Assembly (NCBI GenBank): GCA_963813335.1
Contig: CAWEYL010000001.1
Coordinates: 800,001-864,000 of the forward strand
Source of the DNA: an uncultured Chloroflexia bacterium
GTDB taxonomy: Bacteria; Chloroflexota; Limnocylindria; Limnocylindrales; CSP1-4
Length of the DNA: 64,000 nt
Direction of reading: 5' to 3'
Numbering within the stretch: the stretch's first letter is position 1; each line of letters opens with the position of its first letter. Shown here in pieces: positions 22,099 through 33,873 of the stretch. The notes below the pieces were generated by a model. It did no database searches, had not been told where the DNA came from, and saw nothing but the letters and a program-made list of their open reading frames with translations. A program made the position numbers and the translations under genes.

Positions 22099-22324
22099 AG
22101 ATGCCGGCCCCGAACTGGCACCGCCCGGAGTTCCGTCAGATGGCCACCACGCGGTCGTTGGTCAGGGCCCGTCGGTCCGGTCGCCCCGCACTGTGCGTGG
22201 CCGCCTCGGCGCCACGTGCGAGATACCGGCATCTGACGCGGTGGGCAGTCATCTGTCAGCGAGTCGGTGACGAGCGACCGCCTGGGTGACATCTGCCGGG
22301 ATCACGGAGGCAGGCGCCCGGCGG

Positions 22325-23662
22325 TCAGCCCGCGCGGCGGCCGATCTCGCGGCGGCGCTTGCCGATTCGGACGTCCAGCCACTCCCCGTCGATCGGCTCC
22401 GGGACGGTGGCCGGGTCCGAGACCCGCACCCCGTTGAGCGTCACCCCGCCGGCCGCGATCATCCGCCGCGCCTCGCCTCGCGAGGCGAAGAGCCCCGCCT
22501 CGCTCAGCAGCACGGCCACGCCCTGCGCCAGCCACACCGGGTCGAAGGTGAACCCGCCCGCCGAGGCATAGGTGTCCGCCAACGTCGCCGCGTCGACCAC
22601 CGCCTCGCCTGAGAACCGCGCCGCGGAATCGGCGATCGCCTGGTCCGCCGCCGCCTCCCCGTGGGTCCGCACCGTGATGTCCCGCGCCAGCGCGCGCTGC
22701 GCCGGCCGGCCTTCGGGGGCGCGCGCCGCCTCGGCCTCGAGCGCCTCGATCTCCTCGCGCGAGAGCTCGGTGAACCAGCGCAGATACGTGCCGACATCGC
22801 GATCGTCGGTGTTGAGCCAGTACTGATAGAAGGCGTAGGGCGAGGTGCGGGCCGGGTCCAGCCACACGGACTCGCCGCTCTCGCTCTTGCCGAACTTGGT
22901 CCCCGACGGCGAGAGCAGCAGCTTGTACGCGAGCCCGTGCGCGGGGTCTGCGGCCTCGCCGCCGTCAGCTTCCCCCGCTCCGCTGGTCCGCCGGATCAGC
23001 TCGAGTCCCGCGGTGATGTTGCCCCACTGGTCGGCGCCGCCCATCTGCAGCTCGAGGCCGATCGTCCGGTGCATGTGGGCGAAGTCGTACGACTGCAGGA
23101 GCATGTAGCTGAATTCGGTGAAGGAGAGCCCGCGATCGAGGCGCGACTGGACCGAATCCTTGGCCAGCATGTACGGCACGGTGAAATGCTTGCCGGTGTC
23201 GCGCAGGAAGTCGATCAGCGACAACTCGCCCAACCAGTCGAGGTTGTTGAGCAGGATGGCGCCCGACCCGGGCGTGAAGTCGAGGAAGCGCTCGAGCTGG
23301 ACGCGGATCGCGTCGGCGTTCGCGGCCGATGTCTCGCGGTCGAGCAGGTTGCGCTCGCTCGAGCGGCCCGACGGGTCGCCGATCATCCCGGTCCCGCCGC
23401 CCACCAGGGCGACCGGCCGGCCGCCGTGACGCTGCAGCCGCAGCAGACCGAAGATCGGGACCAGGTGCCCGACGTGGAGCGACGCCCCCGACGGGTCGAA
23501 GCCCACGTAGCCCGTGATGGATCGCCCGGTCGCCAGGCGGGCCGGCAGCCCGGGCGTGGTCGCGTGCAGGATGCCGCGCCACTCGAGGTCGGCGAGGAGG
23601 CCCTCCGGACCGGCCGCCGGGGCGTCCGTCACAGCGTCGAACGTCGAGCCGTCTCGACCCAC
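22325..23662 (-). CDS. tyrS: Tyrosine-tRNA ligase
   Basis: GFDP, HVGH, GGADQWGN, KFGKS, C-terminal S4 domain. Confidence 0.97.
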   Translation of the reverse strand: MGRDGSTFDAVTDAPAAGPEGLLADLEWRGILHATTPGLPARLATGRSITGYVGFDPSGASLHVGHLVPIFGLLRLQRHGGRPVALVGGGTGMIGDPSGRSSERNLLDRETSAANADAIRVQLERFLDFTPGSGAILLNNLDWLGELSLIDFLRDTGKHFTVPYMLAKDSVQSRLDRGLSFTEFSYMLLQSYDFAHMHRTIGLELQMGGADQWGNITAGLELIRRTSGAGEADGGEAADPAHGLAYKLLLSPSGTKFGKSESGESVWLDPARTSPYAFYQYWLNTDDRDVGTYLRWFTELSREEIEALEAEAARAPEGRPAQRALARDITVRTHGEAAADQAIADSAARFSGEAVVDAATLADTYASAGGFTFDPVWLAQGVAVLLSEAGLFASRGEARRMIAAGGVTLNGVRVSDPATVPEPIDGEWLDVRIGKRRREIGRRAG

Positions 23663-23715
23663 CGGGAGGCGCTCGTCCGTTCGTTCACGCCCCCTATGCT
23701 ATCGTGCGGCCACAG

Positions 23716-26382
23716 ATGCAGACCAGCCTCGCGCGGCGCCAGCGCCATCGAAGAGCGCTCCAGGGCCGCCCCAAGGGGCGTCGTGGCTCGATCATCGGTC
23801 GAGTCGCCCTCGTCGTCCTCATCGTCTTCCTGAGCACCGCCGTGCTGACGGCCGGTGCTGGCCTGGTCGTTGCCGTCGGCGCGTACAACCACTACTCGGC
23901 CAACCTCCCCGACCCCGCCGCCGCCCTCCAGAACCTCGAGTTCGACCAGCAGACGCGGGTCGTCGACCGGACCGGCAAGATCGAGCTCGCCAAGCTCGGC
24001 TCGCTGCGCCGCGAGGTCGTGACCTACGACCAGATCCCAGGCGAGATGATCGACGCGACGACCTCGATCGAGGACCAGGGCTTCTGGCAGAACGCGGGCT
24101 TCGACCCGGTCGGCATCATCTCGGCCGGCGTCGACACGATCTCCGGCCGGCCGCGCGGCGCCTCGACGATCACCCAGCAGCTCGTCCGCGCGCGGCTCCT
24201 CCCCGACTGGGCGTTCGAGGGCTCGACCTACGAGCGCAAGTTCCGCGAGATCATCCAGTCCGTGCGCCTGACCCAGGAGTTCCCGGGCCAGTCGGGCAAG
24301 GAACAGATCATCACGGCCTATCTGAACCAGAACTTCTACGGCAACAACAGCTACGGCGTGAAGGCGGCGGCCCGCGGCTACTTCGGCAAGGACCTGAAGG
24401 ACCTGACGCTCGCCCAGTTCGCGATCCTTGCGGCGATCCCGCAGTCGCCGACGAAGTTCGACCTGGTCAAGAACGCCGACGAGATCTGCCGGACGACCGT
24501 GGCCGATGACGCCGACTGCCCGGCGTTCGACCTCATCGTGCCCGACACGGCCGAGGTCGTGCTGCGGCGCAATCACATCCTCGACCTGATGAAGACGAAC
24601 AGCACGCTGACCGGGACCAGGCACACCCTCTCCGAATACGACGCCGCCAAGCTGGAGCCGGTCGTGCTCAGCCTGCCCGCATCGGCGACGTGGAAGGCGC
24701 CCCAGTTCGTGTGGCAGGTCCGCCGGGCCCTGTCGGAGATCCTCTGCCCCGATACCCCCACCGACTGCCCGCAGGTGGACACGGGCGGCTACACGGTGAC
24801 GACCACGCTCGACTACAACATGCAGAAGGTCGCCGAGAAGTGGGTCTACGCAGCGGCGCGCGCTCCCAACGCGTCGGACCCGCGCGCCGTCCTGCGACAG
24901 CGCAAGATCCCGACCAGCGCCTGGAACTGGATCCTCGGCCTGCGCGGCCACAACATCAACAACGCCGCAGCGGGGGTCATCGACTACCGCACCGGCGAGG
25001 TGCTGGCGTACGTCGGCAGCGCCAGCTACACGGCGAAGGGCAACAAGAAGTTCCAGCCCCAGTTCGACGTCATGGCCGACGGGTGGCGGCAGCCGGGCTC
25101 GGCGATCAAGCCCGTCGACTACTCGATCGGGATCGATGACGGCACCCTGACGGCGGCGACCATGTTCATGGACGTCACCACGGACTTCGGCGGCGGCTTC
25201 CTCCCCATCCAGGCCGACAAGGCGGAACGCGGCCCGGTCCGGCTCCGTTCGGCGCTCCAGTTCTCGCTCAACGTGCCCGCCATCAAGGGCGCCATCATGA
25301 TCGGCCTCGATCACCTCTACGACCGGACCAAGGACCTCGGGCTGACCTACCCGAGCACGGCCGTGCCGGTCAAGTCGATGGGCATCGGCACCCTCGAGGT
25401 CCATCCGATCGACCTCCTCGGCGCGTACGGCGCGATCGCCAACAACGGCCTCAAGATGCCCCGCCAGTACATCGCCTCGGTCGAGGACTCGAGCGGTCGC
25501 ATCATCTGGCCGCTCGCCACCGAGAAGCGCCAGGGCGAGCAGGTCCTGAGCCCCGGCGCCGCCTACATCGTCACCGACATCCTGGCCGGCAACACCGACA
25601 TGAAGATCAACCCGTTCTGGGGCAAGTTCGCGATCAAGGACGGCTCCAAGCGGCGCCCCGCGGCCTACAAGACCGGCACCACCAGCGACAACCGCGACGT
25701 CGCCGCCTACGGCTACGTGGCGCCGCCCAAGGACCCGAAGGCGCCCGCTCTCGCGGTGGGCGTGTGGATGGGCAACAGCGACAACTCGCCCAACGACGGC
25801 AAGCTCTCGCTCGACACGTCCGCGCCGCTGTGGTCGGCGATCCTGACCGAGGTCAGCAAGGGCGACCCGATCGCCCAGTTCAAGCAGCCGCCCGGCCTCA
25901 AGACGGCCACCGTCGATGCCTTCACGGGCATGAAACCCGGGCCGTTCACGACGAAGACGTTCAAGGAGCTGTTCCTCCCCAAGACGATCCCGACCCAGAC
26001 CGCATCCAGCCGGATCGTGCTGGACATCGACAAGGCCAGCGGGCTGCTCTGGCGGGACGGCTGCGTCGGCCCGATGGTGACCAAGGGCTTCTTCGACATC
26101 GGCGAGGTCGATGCCGCCTACCCGTCGTGGCAGAAGGCCGACCGCAACTGGGCGTCACGCGCGGCCAGGGGCGCCGGCGTTCGCGGGACGCCGAAGGGCA
26201 CCCACACGGCGTACTTCTATGGCAGTGGCTTCTACCCGTTCGGGCGGTCGTGGGGCGCGCCCTTCGCGCCGTCCAAGAGCTGCCCGCTGGCCCCGGTCGA
26301 GCCGCCACCGGTCTGCGACCCGCTGCTCGATCCGCTGTGCACGCCGGTCGAGCCCTCGATCCCGCCGCCCCCCAACCCGTAG
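23716..26382 (+). CDS. Class A penicillin-binding protein
   Basis: N-terminal TM, EDQGF, GASTITQQ, RKFRE, SAIK, SLN, KTG. Confidence 0.95.
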   Translation: MQTSLARRQRHRRALQGRPKGRRGSIIGRVALVVLIVFLSTAVLTAGAGLVVAVGAYNHYSANLPDPAAALQNLEFDQQTRVVDRTGKIELAKLGSLRREVVTYDQIPGEMIDATTSIEDQGFWQNAGFDPVGIISAGVDTISGRPRGASTITQQLVRARLLPDWAFEGSTYERKFREIIQSVRLTQEFPGQSGKEQIITAYLNQNFYGNNSYGVKAAARGYFGKDLKDLTLAQFAILAAIPQSPTKFDLVKNADEICRTTVADDADCPAFDLIVPDTAEVVLRRNHILDLMKTNSTLTGTRHTLSEYDAAKLEPVVLSLPASATWKAPQFVWQVRRALSEILCPDTPTDCPQVDTGGYTVTTTLDYNMQKVAEKWVYAAARAPNASDPRAVLRQRKIPTSAWNWILGLRGHNINNAAAGVIDYRTGEVLAYVGSASYTAKGNKKFQPQFDVMADGWRQPGSAIKPVDYSIGIDDGTLTAATMFMDVTTDFGGGFLPIQADKAERGPVRLRSALQFSLNVPAIKGAIMIGLDHLYDRTKDLGLTYPSTAVPVKSMGIGTLEVHPIDLLGAYGAIANNGLKMPRQYIASVEDSSGRIIWPLATEKRQGEQVLSPGAAYIVTDILAGNTDMKINPFWGKFAIKDGSKRRPAAYKTGTTSDNRDVAAYGYVAPPKDPKAPALAVGVWMGNSDNSPNDGKLSLDTSAPLWSAILTEVSKGDPIAQFKQPPGLKTATVDAFTGMKPGPFTTKTFKELFLPKTIPTQTASSRIVLDIDKASGLLWRDGCVGPMVTKGFFDIGEVDAAYPSWQKADRNWASRAARGAGVRGTPKGTHTAYFYGSGFYPFGRSWGAPFAPSKSCPLAPVEPPPVCDPLLDPLCTPVEPSIPPPPNP

Positions 26383-26394
26383 GCGCCGACCCGG

Positions 26395-28764
26395 CTAGAG
26401 GGTGACGATCGTCGCGCCGTCGCCGCCCTCGCCGCGCTCCCCCGGCCTGACGGTGCGCACGCCCGGATGGTCGGTGGCATGGCGGCGCACGGCGTCTCGC
26501 AGCGCCCCCGTCCCGAGCCCGTGGATGATCGTGACCTGCGGCATGCCGGCGACCGCGGCGTCGTCGAGGTAGTGGGCCAGGGCGTCGAGCGCCTCGTCCA
26601 CGCGGGCGCCGCGCAGGTCGAGCGACGACGCGACGCTCCGGGCGTGCTCGAGGCGCAACGCGCCCGCGTTCGACGTCGGTGACGCTGCCTGGGCCGCGGT
26701 CGCGGACCCTGCCCCTGATGGCGACTGCGCGAGGACCAGGTCGTCCACGTCGACCGTCACGCGCAGCCCGCCGGCCTCCAGCGTCGCGCGCTGACCGCCG
26801 CGCTCCAGGGCGGCCACGCGGCCTTCCCAGCCGCCGGACACGCTGCGAGCGCGCTCGCCCACCTGCCACTGGCGCGGGACGACCACGGCGACCGCCGGTG
26901 CATCGTCCGCGGCCTCGGGCAGCTGCTCGGCGATCGCGGCCGCGCGGTCCACCGCCGAGTCGAGGCTCGCGGCCGTCACGGTCTCGCGCTCGAGGGCACG
27001 ACGGGTGTCGCGGACGGTGTCGCGCAGGGTCTCGAGGATCTGGTCGGCCTCGTTGCGGGCTGCCCGCGTCGCCTCGTCCCGCTCGCGGCGCGCCCGTCGG
27101 CGCTCCTCGTCCGCGACGCGCAGGGCGTCGGCGGCGCGCAGCTCGGCCGCGCGCGCCCGGTCGAGTGCCTCGCCCGCCTCGCCCTCCGTGGCCTTGATGG
27201 CGGCGAGCGTGGCCTCGAACGAGCGCTGCGCCTCCGACAGCCGCGACCGCGCGTCGCCGACGATCTCGGGCGGCAGGCCGAGCCGCTCGGCGATGGCGAA
27301 GGCCTGGCTCCCGCCGGGCAGGCCGATGGAGAGCCGATAGGTGGGGCTCAGCGTCTCGAGGTCGAACTCGACCGAGGCGTTGCGGGCGCCCTCCGTCGTG
27401 TGGGCGTAGGCCTTGAGCTCGGCGTAATGGGTCGTCGCGGCGATCATCGCGCCCGCATGCATGAAGTGGTCGAGCAGTGCCTGCGCGAGGGCCGAGCCCT
27501 CGGTCGGGTCCGTGCCGGCGCCGAGCTCGTCGAGCAGCACCAGCGTCCCAGGGCCGGCGGCGTCCACGATCCGGATGATCGAGCGCAGGTGCCCCGAGAA
27601 CGTCGAGAGCGACTGTGCGACCGACTGCTCGTCGCCGATGTCGGCGAAGACATCGCGCCAGACGGGCAGCCGGCTGCCGGCCGCGGCCGGGACGTGCAGC
27701 CCGGCCTGGTGCATCAGGCTGAGGAGCCCGAGGGTCCGCAGCGTGACCGTCTTGCCGCCGGTGTTCGGGCCGGTCACGACCAGCGCCCGGATCCCCTCGC
27801 CCAGGCGGATGTCGATCGGCACGACCCGCCCGGTCAGCCCCGGGTGGCGCGCCGACAGCAGGATGACGACGGGGGCGTCGGCCGGCCCGGTGTCGGTCTC
27901 CGCGCGCACGCCGTCGAGGTCCGCGGCGAGGCTCGCCTTGGCGGCCCAGAAGTCGAACCGGGCCAGGGCGTCCAGGGTGTCTCGCAGGGGCCCGGCGTTC
28001 GCCGCGACGAAGGCCGAGAGCTCGTCGAGGATGCGCGCGACCTCCTCGGCCTCCGCCACCTGCGCCTCGCGCCAGGCGTTGCCCAGCTCGACCGCGACGA
28101 GCGGCTCGATGAACAGCGTCTGGCCGCTGCCCGAGGCGTCGTGGACGATCCCCTTGACCCGCGCCCGCGCCTCGGCCTTGACCGGCACGACATAGCGGCC
28201 GTTGCGCAGGGTCACGATGGGTTCCTGGAGCGCATTGCCGAGCTCGGCGCCGACGAGCGAGTCGAGCCGGCGGCGGAGGCGGTCGTACGCGACGCGGACC
28301 GCCGAGCGCAGGCCGCCCAGGCGAGGCGACGCGGTGTCCAGCAGCTCGCCGACCGGGTCGAAGCTGCGCGCCAGCGTGCTGCGCAGCGACGGCAGGGGGT
28401 GGAGGTCGGCCGCGAGCTCGCGCAGCAGCGGACGCCGCTCCTCGGAGAGGGCCGTCGCCAGCCGGGCCGTCGCGTCGAGCGTCTCCGCCAGTTCCAGGAA
28501 CTGGCCGGGCTCCAGCCGGCCGCCGCGGGCGGCCCGCTCGATCGAGGGGCCGATGTCGCGGGCGGCGCCGATCCCGACGCCCGGACGGTCGGCGATGAGC
28601 GCCCGGGCCTGGTCGGTCTCGTCGAGACGGCGCGCCACGACCACCGGGTCCGCCGACGGTTCGAGCGCCTCGGCGAGCCCACGCGAGGGCGGGAACGAGG
28701 TGGCGTCGGCCAGGCGGTCTCGGACGAGCAGGAACTCGAGGAGCGCGATCGAGCGCTGGTCCAT
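26395..28764 (-). CDS. mutS2: MutS2
   Basis: TGPNTGGKT, DIGDEQS, DELGAGTDP, C-terminal Smr IHGLGTG. Confidence 0.97.
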   Translation of the reverse strand: MDQRSIALLEFLLVRDRLADATSFPPSRGLAEALEPSADPVVVARRLDETDQARALIADRPGVGIGAARDIGPSIERAARGGRLEPGQFLELAETLDATARLATALSEERRPLLRELAADLHPLPSLRSTLARSFDPVGELLDTASPRLGGLRSAVRVAYDRLRRRLDSLVGAELGNALQEPIVTLRNGRYVVPVKAEARARVKGIVHDASGSGQTLFIEPLVAVELGNAWREAQVAEAEEVARILDELSAFVAANAGPLRDTLDALARFDFWAAKASLAADLDGVRAETDTGPADAPVVILLSARHPGLTGRVVPIDIRLGEGIRALVVTGPNTGGKTVTLRTLGLLSLMHQAGLHVPAAAGSRLPVWRDVFADIGDEQSVAQSLSTFSGHLRSIIRIVDAAGPGTLVLLDELGAGTDPTEGSALAQALLDHFMHAGAMIAATTHYAELKAYAHTTEGARNASVEFDLETLSPTYRLSIGLPGGSQAFAIAERLGLPPEIVGDARSRLSEAQRSFEATLAAIKATEGEAGEALDRARAAELRAADALRVADEERRRARRERDEATRAARNEADQILETLRDTVRDTRRALERETVTAASLDSAVDRAAAIAEQLPEAADDAPAVAVVVPRQWQVGERARSVSGGWEGRVAALERGGQRATLEAGGLRVTVDVDDLVLAQSPSGAGSATAAQAASPTSNAGALRLEHARSVASSLDLRGARVDEALDALAHYLDDAAVAGMPQVTIIHGLGTGALRDAVRRHATDHPGVRTVRPGERGEGGDGATIVTL

Positions 28765-28769
28765 CGCGC

Positions 28770-29441
28770 TCAGCCCCGGGGAGGGCGGCCAGAGACCGAC
28801 GGATCGCCCGCGACGACGAAGCGCCAGGGCATATCGGCCCAGGGCGGCCCGGCGTACCCCACGCCGACCCGCGGGCCGGTCGCGATCGCATCGTCAGGAA
28901 CGCTCCCGAGCGGCCCCTCGAGGCGGAGCGGGGAGGACGGATCGCACAGGTCGACGCCGGTGGCGGACCGGTCGATCGCGAACGCCGCGCCGACGAGTCC
29001 CGGTCCGCTGGCCAGTCGCGCGTCGGGGAGCCGGGCCAGGCGCGCTGCCTCGCGTGCCGCCGCGTCCGGGGCGATCGCCCGTCGGTGCGCCGCCAGCCAG
29101 GCCAGCCGGTCCGCGCGCATCAGCTCGATCCCGTCGGTCGGCGCGACCGCGCGGATGAGCAGCGCGCTGGCGGATCCGGCCGGACCGGTGACGACGTTCA
29201 GGCAGTCATGCATCCCGTAGACAAGGTACACGTAGGCGATGCCCGGTCGCCCGAACATGACCGCGTTGCGGGTCGTCCGCCCGGCCCGGGCATGCGACGC
29301 GAGGTCCTCGGGGCCGTTGTAGGCCTCGACCTCGACGATGCGACCCGCGCGCCGGCCGCGCGCGTCCTCGTGGACGAGCGTGGCGCCCAGGATCGCGCGC
29401 GCGGCGTCGACCGCCGGCTGGTCCAGCGCCGCGCGGTCCAT
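28770..29441 (-). CDS. 3-methyladenine DNA glycosylase (MPG/AAG)
   Basis: IVEVEAY, YVYLVYGMH, SGPG, PRVGV. Confidence 0.95.
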   Translation of the reverse strand: MDRAALDQPAVDAARAILGATLVHEDARGRRAGRIVEVEAYNGPEDLASHARAGRTTRNAVMFGRPGIAYVYLVYGMHDCLNVVTGPAGSASALLIRAVAPTDGIELMRADRLAWLAAHRRAIAPDAAAREAARLARLPDARLASGPGLVGAAFAIDRSATGVDLCDPSSPLRLEGPLGSVPDDAIATGPRVGVGYAGPPWADMPWRFVVAGDPSVSGRPPRG

Positions 29442-29445
29442 CCCG

Positions 29446-30027
29446 CTAGATGTAGCGCGACTCCAGCCAGTCCGGGATCAGGAACCCGAAGACCGCGAAG
29501 AACGCCGGGATGAGGGTCTCGCGGAACAGGACCGCCGCGTTCGAGCCATCGAGCGCCGTCCAGAACTCGCGCAGGAACGGCAGCTCCTGCGGGTCCTCGG
29601 CGATGCCGTGGACGGTGAAGAACGAGTCGAGGATGATCAGGACGGCGCCGAAGATCAGCGCGGCCTGGACCAGGCCGAGGATCCCGCCGATCAGCTCGTC
29701 GGCGAAGCGCGCCTTCGGGAAGAGCGGCGACGACTTGTAGAGGCCCTGGGCGACCAGCGCGAAGGCGATCGCGGATGCCAGGAACACGGTCCCGAACCCG
29801 ATCATCGTGCTGTATTCCTTGGAGAACTGCGTCCAGTTCTGTCCGAGGTACGCCCCGAGGGGTTCGGCGATGTTGGCGGCGAAGAGGAACGAGAACAGGA
29901 TCGAGGCGATGCCGATCAGGCGCCGGATCGTGCCCTGGGCGAACCCCAGCACGAAGAACGCCATGAAGTACAGGAAGATGAGCAGGTCGACGGTGCTGAT
30001 CCCGCCCAGGAAATTCCCGAGATCCAC
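29446..30027 (-). CDS. CvpA family membrane protein
   Basis: GF..G.IR, DELIGGILG; located near mutS2. Confidence 0.85.
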   Translation of the reverse strand: MDLGNFLGGISTVDLLIFLYFMAFFVLGFAQGTIRRLIGIASILFSFLFAANIAEPLGAYLGQNWTQFSKEYSTMIGFGTVFLASAIAFALVAQGLYKSSPLFPKARFADELIGGILGLVQAALIFGAVLIILDSFFTVHGIAEDPQELPFLREFWTALDGSNAAVLFRETLIPAFFAVFGFLIPDWLESRYI

Positions 30028-30165
30028 CGGTGCTCCTTCTAGTCCGAACGTACCGGCCGGCGCCGGAGCCGCGCTAGGTTAGCAGCGGCTCTCCGCGCGC
30101 CGCAAGGGGACGGATGGGTGGTCGGATGGGTCCGCGAAGGTCCGGTCCGGTCCGGGGTGGACCGG

Positions 30166-32673
30166 TCAGGTCCGGAGGCGTGCCGCGACGTCCGCCGCCA
30201 GCCCGGCCGTGACCTGGGCGACCACCGCGTCCACCTCGGCATCGGTCAGCGTGCGGTCGTCGTCGCGCAGGGTCAGCCGGTACGCCAGGCTCTTCTCGCG
30301 CTCGGCGAGCGGACGGCCGCGGTAGACGTCGAAGAGGGCGACCGCGCGCAGGCGTGGCCCGGCGTGCTGGCGGATCGAGGCCTCCACCTCCGCCGCGAGC
30401 GTGGCCGCGTCCACGATCACTGCAAGGTCGCGCTCGACGGCCGGGAAGCGTGGCGGCGGCAGGACCCGCGCGTCGGGGAACCGGCCCCGGGCCAGCCCGC
30501 GGATCGCGACTTCCGCCACGATCACGCGATCCGCTCGGATCTCCAGCGCCTCGATCGCCGCCGGATGCAGCTCGCCGAGCCGGCCCACGATCCCGCCGCC
30601 GGCGTCGATCCGCGCGGCGCGGCCCGGGTGCAGGTTCGCATCGTCGGTCAGCGCGCTCCAGGCAGGTGCCGGAAGTCCGGCCTGGCGGGCGACCGCCTCG
30701 AGGATGCCTTTCGCGTCATCGACGTCGTACGTCCGCGCGGCCCGGTTCCAGGCCGGCGGCTCGGCCGGCCCGGTCAGGGCGAATCCCAGGCGCCACCATT
30801 CGTGCGTCGGCGAGGCATCGGCCGCACCGTCACCGGTCGCGCCGTAGCCCTTGCCGATCTCGAAGATGGCGATCTCGGGGTGGCCGTGGCGCAGGTTCGT
30901 GGCGACGACTTCGAGCAGGCTGCCGAGCAGGCTCTGGCGCAGGACCGAGTGCTGGCTGGAGAGCGGGTTGGTGACGACGACCGGCCGTCCCGCCGGACGC
31001 TGCTCCGGCTCGCCCGCGGGTGCACCATCGTCGTGGAACGGGAACCGCTCGACCATCCGCGGCGAGACGAGCGCGTACGTCACCACTTCGCTCAGGCCGG
31101 CGCCGCTCAGGGTCTCGCGGATCGCGTCGCGTGCGTCCAGCGGGCCGTGGCGATAGGGCGGCATCGGCGTGTGCGGCAGGACCGGGGGGATGGTCTCGTA
31201 GCCGCGCACGCGAATGATCTCCTCGATGACGTCGGTCTCGACCGCGAGGTCGCGCCGCCACGTCGGCACCACGGCCTCCAGGACGGCGACGTCGGGCGCC
31301 GGCTCGATGGTGAGCGGCCTGGTCCCTGTGGCGACCGGGACGGCCGTGCCCGCCGGGGCGACGGCGGTCTCGATCCCGACGCGCGCCAGCAGCACCCGCT
31401 GCTCCGCGGGCTCGAGCGTCACGCCCAGCAGGCGGTCGGTCCGCGCCGGGCGGAACGCGACGCGGGCCGGCTCGGGCTCGTCGGGGTCGGTGTCGACCGC
31501 ACCGGCGTGGAGGGTGCCGCCGGCCCATTCGAGGATGAGTCGCGCCGTGCGATCGGCGCCCAGGCGGGCCATCCGCCATTCCTGGCCCTTCTCGAACAGG
31601 AGGCTCGCCTCGGAGCGGAGGGCGTAGCGCGTCGCGGTCCGCCGGATGCTGACCGGGTCGAAGATCGCGGACTCGACGACGACGTCGGTCGTCTCCGGCC
31701 CGATCTCCGACGCCGCCCCGCCCATGACGCCGCCGATCGCGATCGGCCCGTCCGGGTCCGCGATCACGACCGTCTCGGGATGCAGCTCGCGGTCGACATG
31801 ATCAAGCGTCTCGAGCCGCTCGCCCGGGCGGGCGCGGCGGACGATGATCCGGCCGCCGTGGACCGCCGCCGCGTCGAAGGTGTGGATCGGCTTGCCGAGC
31901 TCGAGCATCACGTAGTTGCTGGCGTCGACCACGTTCGAGATCGGCCGCTGGCCGGCCGCCAGTAACCGCATCTGGACCTGGTCGGGCGACGGACCGATGG
32001 TCACGCCCGAGATCCAGCGGCCGACGAACCGCGGGCACAGGTCGGGATCCTCGACCTCGACGGCGAGGCTCGCCGACACCGGCGGTCCGCTCTCGACCGC
32101 GTCGGTGGGCGGGAAGCGCAGCGGCGAACCGGTGAGGGCCGCGACCTCACGCGCGAGGCCGACGATCGAGAGGGCGTCGCCGCGGTTCGGCTTCACGTCG
32201 ACATCGAGCACGGTGTCGCCGTAGAGCGCGGTCAGCTCGGCGCCGAGGGTCGTGCCTGCCGGCAGGATCAGGATGCCGTCGGCATCGACGGTCAGCCCCA
32301 GCTCGTCGCCGGAGCAGAGCATCCCGTTGCTGACCACGCCCATCTTCTCGGTCCGCTCGATGCGCCGGTCCCCGGGCAGGACGGCGCCGGGCAGGGCCAC
32401 GGGCACCCGCTGGCCAGGGGCGATGTTCGTCGCTCCGCAGACGATCTCGAGCGGCTCCCCTGCCCCGACGGATACGGTGGTGAGCGACAGCCGGTCGGCC
32501 CGCGGGTGCTTCTCCACGGTGAGCAGCTCGCCGACGACGACGTTGCGCCAGTCGGCGCCCCACGCCTCGATGCCCTTGACCTCCATGCCGAGCATCGTCA
32601 GGCGCTCGGCGAGGACCTCCGGGGCCAGATCGACGTCGACGTACTCGCGTAACCACGAAAGCGGGACTCTCAT
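30166..32673 (-). CDS. pheT: Phenylalanine-tRNA ligase beta
   Basis: MRVPLSWLREY, HPRADRL, PNRGD, RDLA, FDVY. Confidence 0.98.
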   Translation of the reverse strand: MRVPLSWLREYVDVDLAPEVLAERLTMLGMEVKGIEAWGADWRNVVVGELLTVEKHPRADRLSLTTVSVGAGEPLEIVCGATNIAPGQRVPVALPGAVLPGDRRIERTEKMGVVSNGMLCSGDELGLTVDADGILILPAGTTLGAELTALYGDTVLDVDVKPNRGDALSIVGLAREVAALTGSPLRFPPTDAVESGPPVSASLAVEVEDPDLCPRFVGRWISGVTIGPSPDQVQMRLLAAGQRPISNVVDASNYVMLELGKPIHTFDAAAVHGGRIIVRRARPGERLETLDHVDRELHPETVVIADPDGPIAIGGVMGGAASEIGPETTDVVVESAIFDPVSIRRTATRYALRSEASLLFEKGQEWRMARLGADRTARLILEWAGGTLHAGAVDTDPDEPEPARVAFRPARTDRLLGVTLEPAEQRVLLARVGIETAVAPAGTAVPVATGTRPLTIEPAPDVAVLEAVVPTWRRDLAVETDVIEEIIRVRGYETIPPVLPHTPMPPYRHGPLDARDAIRETLSGAGLSEVVTYALVSPRMVERFPFHDDGAPAGEPEQRPAGRPVVVTNPLSSQHSVLRQSLLGSLLEVVATNLRHGHPEIAIFEIGKGYGATGDGAADASPTHEWWRLGFALTGPAEPPAWNRAARTYDVDDAKGILEAVARQAGLPAPAWSALTDDANLHPGRAARIDAGGGIVGRLGELHPAAIEALEIRADRVIVAEVAIRGLARGRFPDARVLPPPRFPAVERDLAVIVDAATLAAEVEASIRQHAGPRLRAVALFDVYRGRPLAEREKSLAYRLTLRDDDRTLTDAEVDAVVAQVTAGLAADVAARLRT

Positions 32674-32733
32674 GCCATCACGACCTCTCCGAGGTCCGAG
32701 GCGACGCTCCTGCGAGCCATCGGCCCGAGGATC

Positions 32734-33775
<1,042 letters not shown>

Positions 33776-33804
33776 GAACGTCCTTCCTGCTGGGCGGGAA
33801 TCAC

Positions 33805-33836
33805 GAGCCCTCGAGCGTCAGCGACGTCGAGGGCTC
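33805..33836 (-). terminator. Hairpin between rplT and pheS
   Basis: 10-bp perfect stem GAGCCCTCGA/TCGAGGGCTC; no U-tract. Confidence 0.4.
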
Positions 33837-33873
33837 ATCGTAGGGGCTCGGTCGGCGGTCGACCGACCGGTGT

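Noticed and set aside
30100-30170. GGTCC/GGATGG short tandem repeats
   Set aside because: Three to four low-complexity copies without spacers; not CRISPR
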